This document shows, piece by piece, positions 25,035-37,976 of a stretch of DNA of 64,000 bases. A model generated the notes under the pieces. The model was given only the letters and a program-made list of their open reading frames with translations. It ran no database searches and was not told the DNA's origin. Each line of letters opens with the position of its first letter. Within the stretch, counting starts at the first letter, position 1. The DNA is taken from NCBI RefSeq assembly GCF_001194135.2, contig NC_068992.1, forward strand, positions 339,677-403,676, read 5' to 3'. The translations under genes and the position numbers were made by a program. The stretch comes from Octopus bimaculoides (lineage: Eukaryota).

Positions 25035-25144
25035 CAATTTGCGTCCTTGACAGCTGCTACTGTCCCTGACCCAGTAGAATTTTTACATCAGACACCAACT
25101 TCTAGACACAATCCTGTCCTAGCACAGGCACCACACACGACAAG
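25035..25144 (+). CDS. NPHP4: NPHP4 exon (QFASLTAATVPDPVEFLHQTPTSRHNPVLAQAPHTT)
   Basis: ttaacag| acceptor, AG|gtgagt donor; weakly resembles human QELPFTPLHAPIVVG. Phase 0 to 2. Confidence 0.85.
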
Positions 25145-26081
25145 GTGAGTGAAAGGGAAGAGGTAGTGTTCAAGATGGAATGAGAAAGAAAAGCAAGCAG
25201 AAGAGTAGGATGTATAATATCATTAGACTGATTTTTGGGGGGGCAACTGTTGTTTCTTGCTTACCCCTAGAAAGTATGAAAAATGGCTAATATTTCCTTC
25301 AAACTTTGCTTTTCTTACATTTATTCAACCCCCAAAGAATCCCTCTCAACACATGGCTCTGAAGCTTACCCAACTACTCCTGCTCTTGATAAGAGATGCA
25401 TATATTGTCAGCCACTAAGGGACATGCTCAAGTGGTTATGGTCAAGCAACTGACAAGCAAATCTGTGGTATTGAGCAGAATATTTGCTATAAAGATATTT
25501 CTGCTTCAGTGACTCAGCACTGAATCTGTCTGAAATGGAATGGAAAATAGGTCAGTTTGCAAACATTGATGTTCAGGTCAGAAAAGCAAAGCTTGGAAGG
25601 AATAGTGGTCATTTCCTTTGATTTTTAGACAGAAGCAACTAGGAAATAACATTTACTGACCGAAAACAAAAGAAAAAAAAATTTAATTTTGTTTCACAGT
25701 GTTATTTTAAGAACATTATTTTAATGTAGGTTGGTATGGGTAGATTAATCTGCACTGCAATGCGTATTCTTTGAGACTGATGATATTATCAGGTCTGTGT
25801 TTGTCTTCTACTATTAGCTTATAGTAAAACATTTTCAACACTGTATTATTTTTTAGTTACATTATATATCTGTTAAAGAATCTCTGTCTTTTTAACATAG
25901 ACTAGTTTATATCTTTGGTGTTCATCTTAACTTATTTATGGATAGCTTTTCTTGCAAAGCCAGCAGACAACACTCATCTCAATTTTCTCCTTCTGTCATT
26001 TAGAGCTAGTATTCCAATTTTGTTGATTTTCCATCCTAAATTATTTAACATTTACGGTATGGAAAAGTTATAACTATCTAA

Positions 26082-26114
<33 letters not shown>

Positions 26115-26322
26115 AATTTATATATACACACACATATGTATATCTATTAGGTTGTTTCACATGAAATGTCACATTTTTAATTACTTGTTATTTCAGTAAT
26201 TTAAAACTCACTTATGTATAACTTGCATTTAATCTTGACTCTTTTTCTTTCCCAACAGTAATTTATGTAAATTTATGTAATTTATGTAAATCCTCCTTAT
26301 CAGAGAGAGAGTGAGAGAGGGA

Positions 26323-26361
<39 letters not shown>

Positions 26362-26963
26362 TGTTGTAGTGTTTATAACTATTTCTCTTCTAATCAAAAT
26401 AATTTAGTTTTGATGTGTACCTGATTGACAACTCACCAATGAGTTGGTTGGATGGTTTTCTAAAGTTTGCATTGTTAAAATTTCTACAGTAAAAGGAATC
26501 AGGTTAATTTTAAATGGGAAAAAAAAAAAATGAAAACAAAAGCATGACACCAAAGCAACAAAGTATGGCCTCATGGAGTGAACTTATGATCAAAAGCTTT
26601 TTTTTCAGGTGAGTATTGTATCCAGAACTACATTTGATTGCTATTTACAGCAAATCAATTGACCACATGGAGGGTTTCTTGCTTCAAAGCTGGACAGGAT
26701 GAGGGAGGGTGGTGCCGTCTGGTTGCAAGGATTTACTGAACTGATAATATTTTAACTTTCCCTTGGTGTTATTCAAAGGCTTAATAAATTTAAAAAAAAT
26801 TTAACTGATATATTAGAAAAAGAAATACCAAAATGTTATTAGGTTATTATTTTCAGAATTATAAAATTAATATTTTAATTGCAATATCATCCTTTACATC
26901 AAATTTTCACAGCTTCCAATGATATTTATTAGTGACAGAAGCTGTGTTAATACTGAGAGGTAA

Positions 26964-27375
26964 TATTTATTCCCACTTAAATGCAGATGTTCTTTGAGAA
27001 CAAACTATGCTGTGGTAGTTACCATGAGAATATCTCCCATATTGGCTTTTGATGGAAAATGTCTCTAATTTATATCACTAACGGGGAGACAAATCTTTAC
27101 CATCTCCAGTGCAGAGGCCATGTGATTTTGACTTTCCTATGGCCTTGTTAAGCTATCTCTAGTGGTTGAGTGTCTATCGCTTATGAGACTAAGAAAGGTC
27201 AAAATCATGTGATCTGGTGGTCTTGGTGTTGCAGTTGGTGGGGAGTTATCTCTCTGTTAGTGATATAAATAAGTTTGCATGTTGCACCAAAATCTAATGT
27301 GGGAGAGTTTCTCATGGTAACCGCTGCAGCAGAGTTTGTTCTAAACGAACATCCACATTTAAGCAGGCATAAATA
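26964..27375. repeat. Long imperfect inverted repeat (fold-back/MITE-like), arms about 175-185 nt, spacer about 52 nt
   Basis: 26964-27138 aligns to the reverse complement of 27191-27375 (e.g. GTTACCATGAGAA/TTCTCATGGTAAC, TATATCACTAAC/GTTAGTGATATA, ATTTTGAC/GTCAAAAT). Confidence 0.85.
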
Positions 27376-27537
27376 GCTTCCAATGAATTTCTGGCAAAAA
27401 GTTTTGGCCATAAGTTGAAAAATCTTAACTTTTTGCATTGTTGAAATCCGTCACAAAAATGTCAGAAAATAAAAATGAATATAAAAAACAAAATAGTTAA
27501 AAGCTATTTCTTTTTCTCTCTTTTACTGATATTTTAG

Positions 27538-27729
27538 TTGCAAGAGTTTGTCGCGGAGTACCTACAATCTCCTGTTCAATTCTGGTTTCCCACCAATCTT
27601 AGATCGAAATGGTGACCCTGCAGAAGTTGTCAACCCAGAGAGAGCTGATTTAGGTACTGATATGAGTTCCAGTCATCGAGATCCACTTTCTTGTAATGAA
27701 ATCATTTTCCAGTTTTTGGCTATCAACAG
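27538..27729 (+). CDS. NPHP4: NPHP4 exon (CKSLSRSTYNLLFNSGFPPILDRNGDPAEVV...LSCNEIIFQFLAIN)
   Basis: ttttag| acceptor, AG|gtaaat donor; resembles human [40 protein letters not shown]. Confidence 0.96.
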
Positions 27730-28732
27730 GTAAATCTCAAATTGGTGTTGTTCTCTAGCTTCAGATTATACTTGACTGAGCAGGTTTCAATGACTGAGTG
27801 TGTTTCAAATATTATTCCATATATCCCATGCTTTTGTCTCACTGAGGTCCAGTACAACACACTTTGATATGCAGAGAGGAATCATATGGGTTCCAGTCTG
27901 ACAGTTTGGACTTTGTATTCTCTCCACTGTCCAGTCTCTTATGGTTATGGTGGACCACCAGAACAAGAACAAGAATAATCAAAAGGGTTCATAGATAAAA
28001 AATGGTTGACAGCCGCTGGTCTACAGTGAGAAATTTTCTCTGTGACAAAATGCAGTCAATGTCTTTCTTACAAGTTCAAATCTGTCTCAAGCATATTTGA
28101 ACTCGTAACATATCACTACTTAGCACCTCTAATACATATTTTAATCAGTTAAGAGCTGAATCTTCTGGACTAAATGTTTGGTGATACTCTCTGATGATTG
28201 TCCGTCTATTCCTGATTAACAGGTCTTGTGTTCTAACACTGTAATTCCATCAAATTTGGCTTTCATCCCTTCAGGGTTGATAAAATAGATACCACTCAAG
28301 TCGTCAGGTTGATGATATCGACTAACTCACTCCCATCAAAATTTGTTGGCCTTAAAACCTAAATCAGAAGCCATTATTATGATTTCATTCACACCTGAAT
28401 AATTTGGTAGAATATAAATTTATCTCAATACTTGATTGATACTTTATTTTAATTGACCTAAATAAAATGAGCCGAAGCAAATATTTTGGCTAATAGCATC
28501 ATAAAACACCTGGATTTGAATTCAAAACACATCCCTTGGCAGTGAATGCTATCTTTATAAGGATTTTAGACCCCAAATTGGTTTTTGTCTGAATGTATTA
28601 TCTTTTTTTTTTTTAGTTCTTTAATCATATTTTATGCCTCAGTTAAATAGAATTAACCCAGAAAAAAAAAAAATCAAATCACCTTTTTAGAAGTTTTAAT
28701 TTATATTTTGCTTTTTCTTATTTTTTACCCAG

Positions 28733-28828
28733 AATATTTGACTCACAACAAATTGAAACTGAGCAAGAGAGTCAATCAGTATTTTTCACTTTCCAGTTCT
28801 ACAAATATCCACCGGTAACCACAGAACG
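28733..28828 (+). CDS. NPHP4: NPHP4 exon (IFDSQQIETEQESQSVFFTFQFYKYPPVTTE)
   Basis: acccag| acceptor, CG|gtaagt donor; resembles human VYFTFQFYRFPPATTPR. Phase 2 to 2. Confidence 0.96.
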
Positions 28829-31157
28829 GTAAGTTCTCTCACCATATTTTCTCTTATCCTTTTTATGTTCATCAGATATCAAAGAGTTTATTAAATTCTG
28901 TTTTAACAAAGTTTTGAGTCATTTACTTTTTTTAAACCATTCTGAACGAGTGACATAGAAATCAAAATTCTACTTTTTCTTATAACTCAAGCTTACAAAT
29001 CCACATCCACTTGGCACTGCATCTACCAAAACATTTTTTTCTTTTACAATGATCATACTGTTTACAGTGGTGAGCTATTCTACTATTTTATCATATTTGT
29101 TACTCCTAAATGGATTAAATGATTGAGAATGGTGTGTCTTAGCCATGGACAAAGCAAAATGAAGCTGACAATATAAAACAGTAATTTTTCTGCTAGTTGT
29201 CTACTGCCTTGTAGATGTGAATGTCTCTCTCCCTTTTAGTTGAGGCCAGCATTCTCAGGGGAGGGCAAAGGGTAAGTCAGTTACATTTTCCCAGGTCTTC
29301 AGCTGGTTCTTATTTTATTGATCTCAAAAGGATGAAAAGTAAAGTCAACCTTTGCAGAATTTGAACTCAGAATGTAAAGATGGGTGAAATGCCACCAGGC
29401 ATTTTCGCCTGCTGTGCTAATGATTCTGCCAGCTTGACACCTTATGAACTTACTTAATTTTGGGAACTACTTCTGTGTGGTGGTGTTCATTAAGATTTAG
29501 TTGTGGGGAGAGGGCCCCATTTTACCTGAACTATATCGAAGTGTTTACACTCAACACTATACTCTTATGAGGCACCAGTTATATTTATTTCTTTATTGCC
29601 CACAGGGGGCTAAACATAGAGGGGACAAACAAGGACAGGCAAAGGGATTAAGTCGATTACATCAACCCCAGTGCGTAACTGGTACTTATTTAATCGACCC
29701 CGAAAGAATGAAAGGCAAAGTTGACCTCGGCAGAATTTGAACTCAGAACATAAAGACAGGCAAAATGCTGCTAAGTATTTTGCCCGGCGTGCTACCGATT
29801 CTGGCAGCTTGCTGCCCTAGCACTGGTTATATTATTCTCAGTGGAAAGGAATAAATTATATAGTACACCAAGTGCTTTTAGAGTGAGCTGCATCTATTCG
29901 TAGTGGCTATTTGAAGATGTATGGATTGAACAGGGAGTTAAAAGTGTTATAGGCTTAGACACGGTGCAGTACAGATGATGGCGATATGAACCATTGATCT
30001 GGTTTTCTGATTCTTTATCTTCTTGGTTTTAATTCCGTTTTGAGTCAGTTGGACAGTTTGGGAATTTTGAAAACAGAAATAAATAAGCATCTATCTCGCA
30101 TTGTCGTTGGAAATATTTGAGAGAATGTTGGGTGTAATAGAGAGATATGATACTTAGTTTTTGATAACACAACAAACAAAGTGGTTTCTATTCACAATGG
30201 AAACCAAAATTTTGACTGAATCTGTTGAGATCTTAATTACTTCATCATAGATTTCTGCCATACACATTTAGATGAAAACAATTTTCCTTTTTCAATTATC
30301 ATGCTGTATTATTTTTGGTTGTTGGTATTGTAAAAATATGTCGAATGTAGAAAACAAAAATACATACTTGTTGGCTTCACTGCTGCCGGTGTCAAAGAAA
30401 GTGCACTTGGTACACATTCTTAAGTGATTGATGTTAGGAAGAGCATCCAACCATTGAAACCATGCCAATGCTGACAATGGGGGTCCGATACAGCTCTTGT
30501 TAAACCATCCAAGCCACACCACCATTGAAAACATGATGGTGATGGTGATGAGGATATTTCAATGATCAGAGGAATCCATTTTCAGGATTGCAGGGTTGAA
30601 TGAGAAATAAGTATTTTGACCTTGAGTTCTGCCTCCCCAAAGTGTGTTAGCAACACAAACCAAGTATTATAACTCCATCCAGGAATTAGGATTAGGTTTT
30701 AGAATTAAACTGAAACCTCATCTATTTTTATGTTTATGAATTTGTTTTGCAAGATTCCTGATGTGAAATTGTGTGTTGCAACAGATTTTGTTATATTTGG
30801 GGAGGGTCATTTTTTTTTCTTGCCAAATAAACACATCATCATCATCATCATCATCATCATTTAACATCCGTTTTCCATGCTGCCTGGGTTGGACGATTTG
30901 ACTTGGGGACTGGCAAACCAGATGGCTACACCAGACTCCAATCTGATCTGGCAGAGTTTCTACAGCTGGATGCCCTTCCTAATGCCAACAACTGCGAGAG
31001 TGTAGTGGGTGCTTTTTACGTGCTACCAGCACGAGGGCCAGTCCAGCGGTACTGGCAACGGCCACGCTCAAATGGTGTTTTTTACGTGCTACCTGCACAG
31101 GAGTCAGTCCAATGTTTTGTTTACATGCTACCAGCACGAGTGCCAGTAAGGCGAAGC

Positions 31158-31450
31158 TGATGCATTATATATTCATTCTTCACCCATTTATTATTATTCT
31201 TATTTTATCTTATGTCTATTGTCTGGAAATATTTTGTCATACATCTGTGACCTATTCAGTGTCTCTTCCATCCATGTGTATCCTCCTGTTCTGTTTAGAA
31301 AGATAGAATGGACTAAATAGAACACTAGAATACACATGGATTGAAGAGTCGCTGAAGAGGTCACAGAAGTGTAACAAAAGATTTCCGGACAATGCACATA
31401 AGATAAAATAAGAACAATAAATGAGTGGTGAACAAATATATAGTGTGTCA
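31158..31450. repeat. Long imperfect inverted repeat, arms about 140 nt, loop 14 nt
   Basis: 31158-31298 aligns to the reverse complement of 31313-31450 (e.g. TTCTTATTTTATCTTATGT, CTGTGACCT, ATCCATGTGTAT). Confidence 0.88.
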
Positions 31451-31525
31451 GTTTATTTGGCAAGAAAAAATAGACGACCATCTTTAAATATAACATCATC
31501 TATTTTTATTATTTCTCTTCTGCAG

Positions 31526-31646
31526 ATTATTGTTGTGGAGAGTCAAAGACAAGAAAGGAAAAGGAGAGAATTACCAAACCAATTTTAGTATTTTACACAA
31601 AATAAATAAAGGGGATCTCAAGTCGAAAGGCTCAGCTGGTTTCGAA
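31526..31646 (+). CDS. NPHP4: NPHP4 exon (LLLWRVKDKKGKGENYQTNFSILHKINKGDLKSKGSAGFE)
   Basis: ctgcag| acceptor, GAA|gttagt donor; resembles human LQLVQL..HILVPV..GSPGFQ. Phase 2 to 0. Confidence 0.9.
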
Positions 31647-31849
31647 GTTAGTCATTGTTGTTTTGTGTTTTGTGGTTCTTTTTAAGTTGTTATTTTTTTT
31701 GTTAGTTTGAGTCATGGCTGTGTGGTTAAGAGGTTTGCTTCACAGCCGTAGAGTTCTGGGTTTGATCCCAGTGTGTTGTGCCTTAGGCAAATGTCTTCTT
31801 TTATAGGCTTGTGAATGAGATTTGTTAACAGAAACTATATAGAAGCCCA

Positions 31850-31896
<47 letters not shown>

Positions 31897-32055
31897 TATG
31901 TATGTATGTATGTCATACATGTGTATGTATGTCATTATTCAGTTTATTTCAAGATTTCTTGCCAATAGAGAAAGAACCGGTTTCTAACCTAGATCCAAGG
32001 CTCCTTCATTGGAATTTCAACAGGGTATTTTTGTTTGTTTGTATGTATGTATGTT

Positions 32056-32087
<32 letters not shown>

Positions 32088-32171
32088 GTTTTAACACAGA
32101 CAAATTCACATTTGGAACTTGAGAAAAGTCTTGCACATTTTTACTGTTTTTTCTTCTTATTTTTTTTTCAG

Positions 32172-32315
32172 ATTCGTTATTTCGTTGACCCTTGTTTCTT
32201 AAAACTCGGTGAATTCCCACTGTTCTTGCAATACTTAGAACACCACATTCTTCACATTGATGTTTGGAATGGTGATTCTTTGCTCCTGCTTGGTTCTTCT
32301 TCTGTCCCTTTAAAG
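32172..32315 (+). CDS. NPHP4: NPHP4 exon (IRYFVDPCFLKLGEFPLFLQYLEHHILHIDVWNGDSLLLLGSSSVPLK)
   Basis: tttcag| acceptor, AAG|gtattt donor; resembles human [36 protein letters not shown]. Confidence 0.97.
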
Positions 32316-32882
32316 GTATTTATAGCTATTCTCTTATTTGTTTCAGTCATTTGAAAAAAAAAAAAAAAATTGTACTGACCCCTGAATGGGAAGACGTGAA
32401 ATGCTGTTTATCATGCAGCTTTGCAATAAGTTCCAAGTCGATAAATTATTGTTTTGATGAAAACTGTTCATTATTTGAAAAATATTGGTGAAGTTTAATA
32501 AAATTTAATATGTACTCAATGCATGAAGTGTTGTTGTTGGGGCCAAGACCTAGTGAAGAGCCTTCCACAGGAGCTAGTTTAAAAGTCACCCAATAAGCTG
32601 TTCATATATATTTGTATGTATATATATCTGTGTGTATGTGTGTTTGTTCCCCCATCATTGCTTGACAATCAGTTGGTTTGTTTGCATCCCCATAACTTAG
32701 TCATTAGGCAAAAGCAGACTGATCGAGTAAGTAACAAGCTTAAATAAGTACAGGGTTCAATTTGTTTGGCTAAAACCCTTCAACATTATATCTTAGCATG
32801 GCTGCAGTCCAATGACTGAAACAAGTAGACGATATATTAATACACGCGCACACGCACATACAGATGTAATTACACATATAGG

Positions 32883-32933
<51 letters not shown>

Positions 32934-33505
32934 ATATATGTGTATATCTTTTGCTCATGTATGTTAATAAAAAATGTAAACATTATTGAAAATCCAGTGT
33001 TGTTTGAAGTAAATCCCAGGTTTTGATGGTGAGAGTGACTAAGTGATTGGTCAGTTGGAAATTTGCAACCAATGAAGATACTGGACACTAGTTTTAATAT
33101 AAAATAAATATCTAATTCACATTTCAAGACTTCTTCATTAAAATAATATTGAATCAAGGGTATAGTTGAAATACATATGAAGATATGCATGATTAGAACT
33201 TGAGATATCCCAGTTGGTATCCCAATATCCTAACCACTTCCCTATTAGTCTATCTTTTAGTCTATATTTCAATCAATTTATTCTCTAATTATCAAAAAAT
33301 TCCTGAATTCTATGTATTTCTTTGCATACTTTTGACTGAGTTTGAACTTAGAATCTTTATTTCCAATTCCAGATTTCAGCCTTCTTCACCAATACACCTT
33401 TGTTTCACACCCTAATTGGCATTTATCATTGATGATCCATTCTTTTCATACACATGAAGAATTGCTTCTTAATATGTTTCTTTTTTCCTTTTAATTTTGG
33501 ACTAG

Positions 33506-33722
33506 TACCTGTGTCGAAGAGGAAATGAAGCAGTGCAGTGTTCTGTGGAATTGGATATTTTGGTTACAGAATCATCCGGAGAGCTTCAAGAAATGGGCGA
33601 AGATATTGGGAAACTGCGGGATATTCAGCCATATAACTCAACTGCAGTTTCTAAAGGACAACTACACTTGAGAATGGCTAATATTGGATATCCACCCAAG
33701 AATGTTCAAGAATCTAAAAAAG
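33506..33722 (+). CDS. NPHP4: NPHP4 exon (YLCRRGNEAVQCSVELDIL...KGQLHLRMANIGYP...SKK)
   Basis: gactag| acceptor, G|gtcagt donor; resembles human HLLRQGRPAVQASHELEVV..KGRLHLTLANVGHP. Phase 0 to 1. Confidence 0.96.
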
Positions 33723-34295
33723 GTCAGTGACATCTATTTAACCAAAATCACCAACATTGAAAGGATGAATGGTAAACTCGACCTCGGCAGAACTTGAACT
33801 CAGAACGTAAAGGAGGACGAAGTACCGCTAAGCATTTCGCCCGTCGTGCTAACGCTTCTGCCAGTTCGCTGCCTTAGAGAAATTGAATGTTAAATTAGTT
33901 TAGTCCATAAAACAGGCCAAGTTCATGGCCTTTGCAAGCTCTTGGAGGCCAGTGGGATCAATTCCTCACTGAACAGCAAGCTGGCATCTCAAGGTGAATC
34001 TGCTGTCTTCTCTAAGCCACAGTAACACTGCTATAAAATTGATGAGTGTTTCATTAGTTGACAGAACTAAACTTTGGTGATCATGTGGTATTTGGTTATG
34101 ATGGATGCACGGATAATACTTTTAATCTTATTAACACTTCTCCAATTCAGATTGATTCAGAAATGAATAAATTTGTAAAAATAATAAAAATTTGTAAAAA
34201 TAATAATAATAATGTTTGATATCATTTTTTTTTAAAAAAAGGGAGTTTGTAAAAAATTTCTATTTTTTTTCTGTTTTTCTATGAACCTGTTGTAG

Positions 34296-34394
34296 TGGTA
34301 AATGAAATTTCTGTGAAGAAACATGTGATAACGTCTCACTTGACAGGAGAATCTCAGTTCCATGGAGGAAGTCTAGTCCCTGGAAATAAACAAG
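34296..34394 (+). CDS. NPHP4: NPHP4 exon (VNEISVKKHVITSHLTGESQFHGGSLVPGNKQ)
   Basis: tgtag| acceptor, G|gtaact donor; resembles human RVISNDGASRFSGGSL. Phase 1 to 1. Confidence 0.92.
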
Positions 34395-34783
34395 GTAACT
34401 TACTAATATTATCATCATCATCATCATCATCATTATGTAATGTCTATTTTCCATGCTGGCATGAGTTGGACAGTTTTATATGGATTGGCAAGTTGGGGAG
34501 CTGCACCAGGCTCCTATTGTCTGTTTTGGCAAGGTTTCTATGGCTGGATGCCCTTTCCAATGCCAACAACTTTACAGAGTGTACTGGGTACTTTTTATGT
34601 GACACCAGCACAGATGTTTTTTATGTGGTACCATCATGGGTGCATTTTATGTGGCATCAGTATGGGCATATTTTATGCGGCACCAGTAAGGTCGCTTTTT
34701 ATGTGGAACCAGCATGGGTGCTTTTTCTTTGGTACCAACACAGGTCGTTTTTATGTGACACCAACACAAGTGCTTTTTACCAG

Positions 34784-34824
<41 letters not shown>

Positions 34825-34936
34825 CTTAAACTTCTGTTATAATTCAAGCACACATATACACGCACTTACACTCACATACGCATGCACAAACGCACACACA
34901 CACACATGCACACTCACACACATATTACACACGCAT

Positions 34937-35010
<74 letters not shown>

Positions 35011-35461
35011 TCCTGTTAATGTTATATATAAATCTTTCCCAGCCATGTATGATGGGTGGGATTATCTTTATGTTGCAGCAATTATTTTTACGACTGAATG
35101 TTTTCCCTCCATCTAACCTTTCAACTGTGAAGTGATAATGAAGCGTATTTTTAATCAATCAGGCAATAAACGGAAGTCAGCAGTGTTATATGCTTGCTTA
35201 GCAGCATATTGCAATAACGATACTAAAACTTGAACTTATGACCATGTGATCCTTTGTCTAGCACCTTAACCTCCCGGTAATTTAAGCTGAAACATATTTC
35301 TACTTCTTCTTCACATTTGTCTGGTGTTTAAATGTAAAATCAATAATAGAGAAATGTTAAAATTTGTGAAATCTAAACTTACCGAACCATCTTGGCATGG
35401 AAAATAATGAGTAGCAAAAGAAGGTATCAGGATCGATCTCAAGAGAAATGGTTAGATTAAT

Positions 35462-35778
35462 CTGTGGTTAGGGTAGCTGACTGGCAGTCATAGAATCGCA
35501 GTTTCGATTCTCAGACCAGACGTTGCGAGTGTTTATTGAGTGAAAATACCTGAAGCTCCATGAGGCTCTGGCACTTTCTTCCTGTTTCTGTTATGCCTGT
35601 ATTTCAAAGGGCCGGCCTTGTCACACTCTGTGTCACGCTGAATCTCCCTGAGAACTACGTTAAGGGTACACGTGTTTGTGGAGTGCTTGGCCACTTGCAC
35701 GTTAATTTTCCAAGCAGGCTGTTCCGTTGATCAGATCAACTGGAACCCTTGTCGTCATAAGCGACGGAGTGCCACAAT
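35462..35778 (+). mobile_element. Third SINE family
   Basis: tRNA-like head plus a 3' body (GTGGAGTGCTTGGCCACTTGCAC..GCTGTTCCGTTGATC) with a reverse-complement copy at about 20367-20690. Confidence 0.7.
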
Positions 35779-36079
35779 GATTTAAAGAATGATTAAGATA
35801 TACATGCATTATACTGGGTAAGGCTATTGCTCTGATTATAAGTTCTTATGAAGCATAAGACCACAAATATACAGGAACAATAAGATAAACAAGATTGCAT
35901 AAGAACATATTTTGTGATTTTCTTAAAAAAATTATTGATATAAGATTCTTTTGAGGATTCCAAACTTGTTATTGAACTCAGATTCTTCATGGCAGATGTT
36001 TTGCTTTGTATAATTCAAGACTTCCTTTGTACGAATATCGTAAGTGGAATTCAAGTGATCAATGCAAACTTTGTTGCAG

Positions 36080-36291
36080 GAGTTGGTGTTAAAAAGATTT
36101 CGTTGGCCAATCATCTTCTACATACTCATCCTGAGCTTGGAACGGTTATAACATCGCAGAAAAGTCTTGCAATTCCTGGGACCCCTGCCAGCCTCAAGGG
36201 TGATAACTCTGTCGAACGTAAACGTAAACTGGCCAGAATGGAAATGGTCAAGAAACAGCTAACAAGTGATGTGAAACCAGCTTTAGTTCTG
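36080..36291 (+). CDS. NPHP4: NPHP4 exon (VGVKKISLANHLLHTHPEL...VERKRKLARMEMVKKQ...ALVL)
   Basis: ttgcag| acceptor, CTG|gtaggt donor; resembles human KHVVQAQKLADVDSEL..RRRKLERMRSVR. Phase 1 to 0. Confidence 0.92.
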
Positions 36292-36885
36292 GTAGGTATT
36301 CTTTAACTTCACCCCTTTCATGCCATATTGGTTCATTGGTTGAGAAAGACAATATTTAGTGATTCATTATTGGTATTGAACTCATTCTCAGTGGTTTTGA
36401 CTTTGGAAAATAGTGGGAGTACTACAAAAGTGGTGAATGCTCTTTTTCTGGAATCTCGCTCTAGGCCTTGTAATCCATTTAATTTTAAAAAGGGGACCAA
36501 AACTCCTTTTTCATGTCATGTTTCAGGGCAACTTAGCCGAGTGGAACCCAATTTTTCCTTCAGTAGAGTGTAGTACTTGAAGCTAATTGATTTTCTAAAC
36601 CTGCTAATGAACCTCGATATATTCATAGATTCATAAATTCAGCAGGTATGAGGAAATCTATGCCATGCTGGGAGGGGACCTGATAAAATCAAACGAAACC
36701 TTATCTCCTGAACTTGCATAGAACCTCAAAATAATATCAGTCAATATCAGCATCATCATTGTCATCATCAACAACATCATCATCATCAACATCATCATCA
36801 TTGTCGTCATCATCGTCGTCATCATCATCATCGTCATCATCAACATTTTATATTTGTTTTCCGTGATTAGACACACATGCATACA

Positions 36886-36926
<41 letters not shown>

Positions 36927-37384
36927 CTATGCATACAATCCTTTTATACCTGTTTATTAAACACACGTATGCATAAGAAATTCTTTGTAGAAAGATTGAT
37001 TATAGATACATAAATTATAAGCACATTTATTCTAAGCAACATAAATTATATGCTGCAGAGGCAAGACGTCCATCTCTGTTCTAGAGACATCCATTATTTA
37101 CAAATGCGTAAGCAATGTGGTGCTGCATGGCTGTGAGACCTGAATACTAAATGGGAAAGGTTTGTGGAAGCTGGAGAGAAATGAGATGAATATGATGTAT
37201 TGCTTGCCCAATAGATCATACTCAAGTATGAAAGGCAGAGCACTGGTGAGTTTGAAAGCAGCTGGATATGAAACGCTTGAGCCAATGAGTGGACAAGAGG
37301 TAGCTGTGTTGGTACAGATATATTATGCATTCGGAAAACAAGTACAGAATGATATAGTTTCATTTGCTAATAATAATAATGATA

Positions 37385-37418
<34 letters not shown>

Positions 37419-37549
37419 GAAACTTACTGTATACTGTGCTCAGGTGCACCACAGCTTATGAGAAAAGGTAGTCAAAAGTGCATGTACAGTGCATAGAATA
37501 ATGCACTGAAAGTGAACAGTGAACGAGTTAAAGTTTTTCTTTTTTTTTA

Positions 37550-37860
37550 AATAGGTGGAGGTGCATCAGGGGTCGGTATTGTTGGTGAATTTTGGAAAGC
37601 ATGGAAATTTTGAAGGATGTAATGTCTTGACAGCTAACGACTGATTTGGGTAGTTTATTCCTCGCTTCAGCAATTCTGAGTGTGAAAGAATGTTTCTGAA
37701 AGTCATGGATGCTGTGTTGTTGTTTTTTAATAGGGGTGGGGTTAAAGTGACAGAAGCAGATTGAGGAAGATGCTGGAGAAAGTAATAGATACAGGTGCGA
37801 AAGTTGTGGATTTGACAGATGTGAGGAGAGTAACGAGATGTTATAGAGAAGGCTCAAAAC
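37550..37860 (-). mobile_element. CR1/L2-like LINE 3' fragment
   Basis: Minus ORF contains KHSFTLRIAEARNKLPKSVVSCQDITSFK, resembling the CR1 C-terminal FFS.RV...WN.LP..VV....FK motif. Confidence 0.72.
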
Positions 37861-37976
37861 TATAGACTACAGTTAAGTTAGCATTTTAATGTATTTAATT
37901 TTATGATCATGAAAAGATAATTCAAACTAATTATATGGTGAAGAAAAAAAAAATAACATTAATTACTCATTTGGTC

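Noticed and set aside
27306-27321. X-box-like GTTTCTCATGGTAAC
   Set aside because: It lies inside the fold-back repeat and has atypical spacing, so it is probably incidental.
35989-36079. In-frame upstream extension of exon 36080
   Set aside because: The acceptor at 36079 already fits both phase and homology, and the extension has no homology support.
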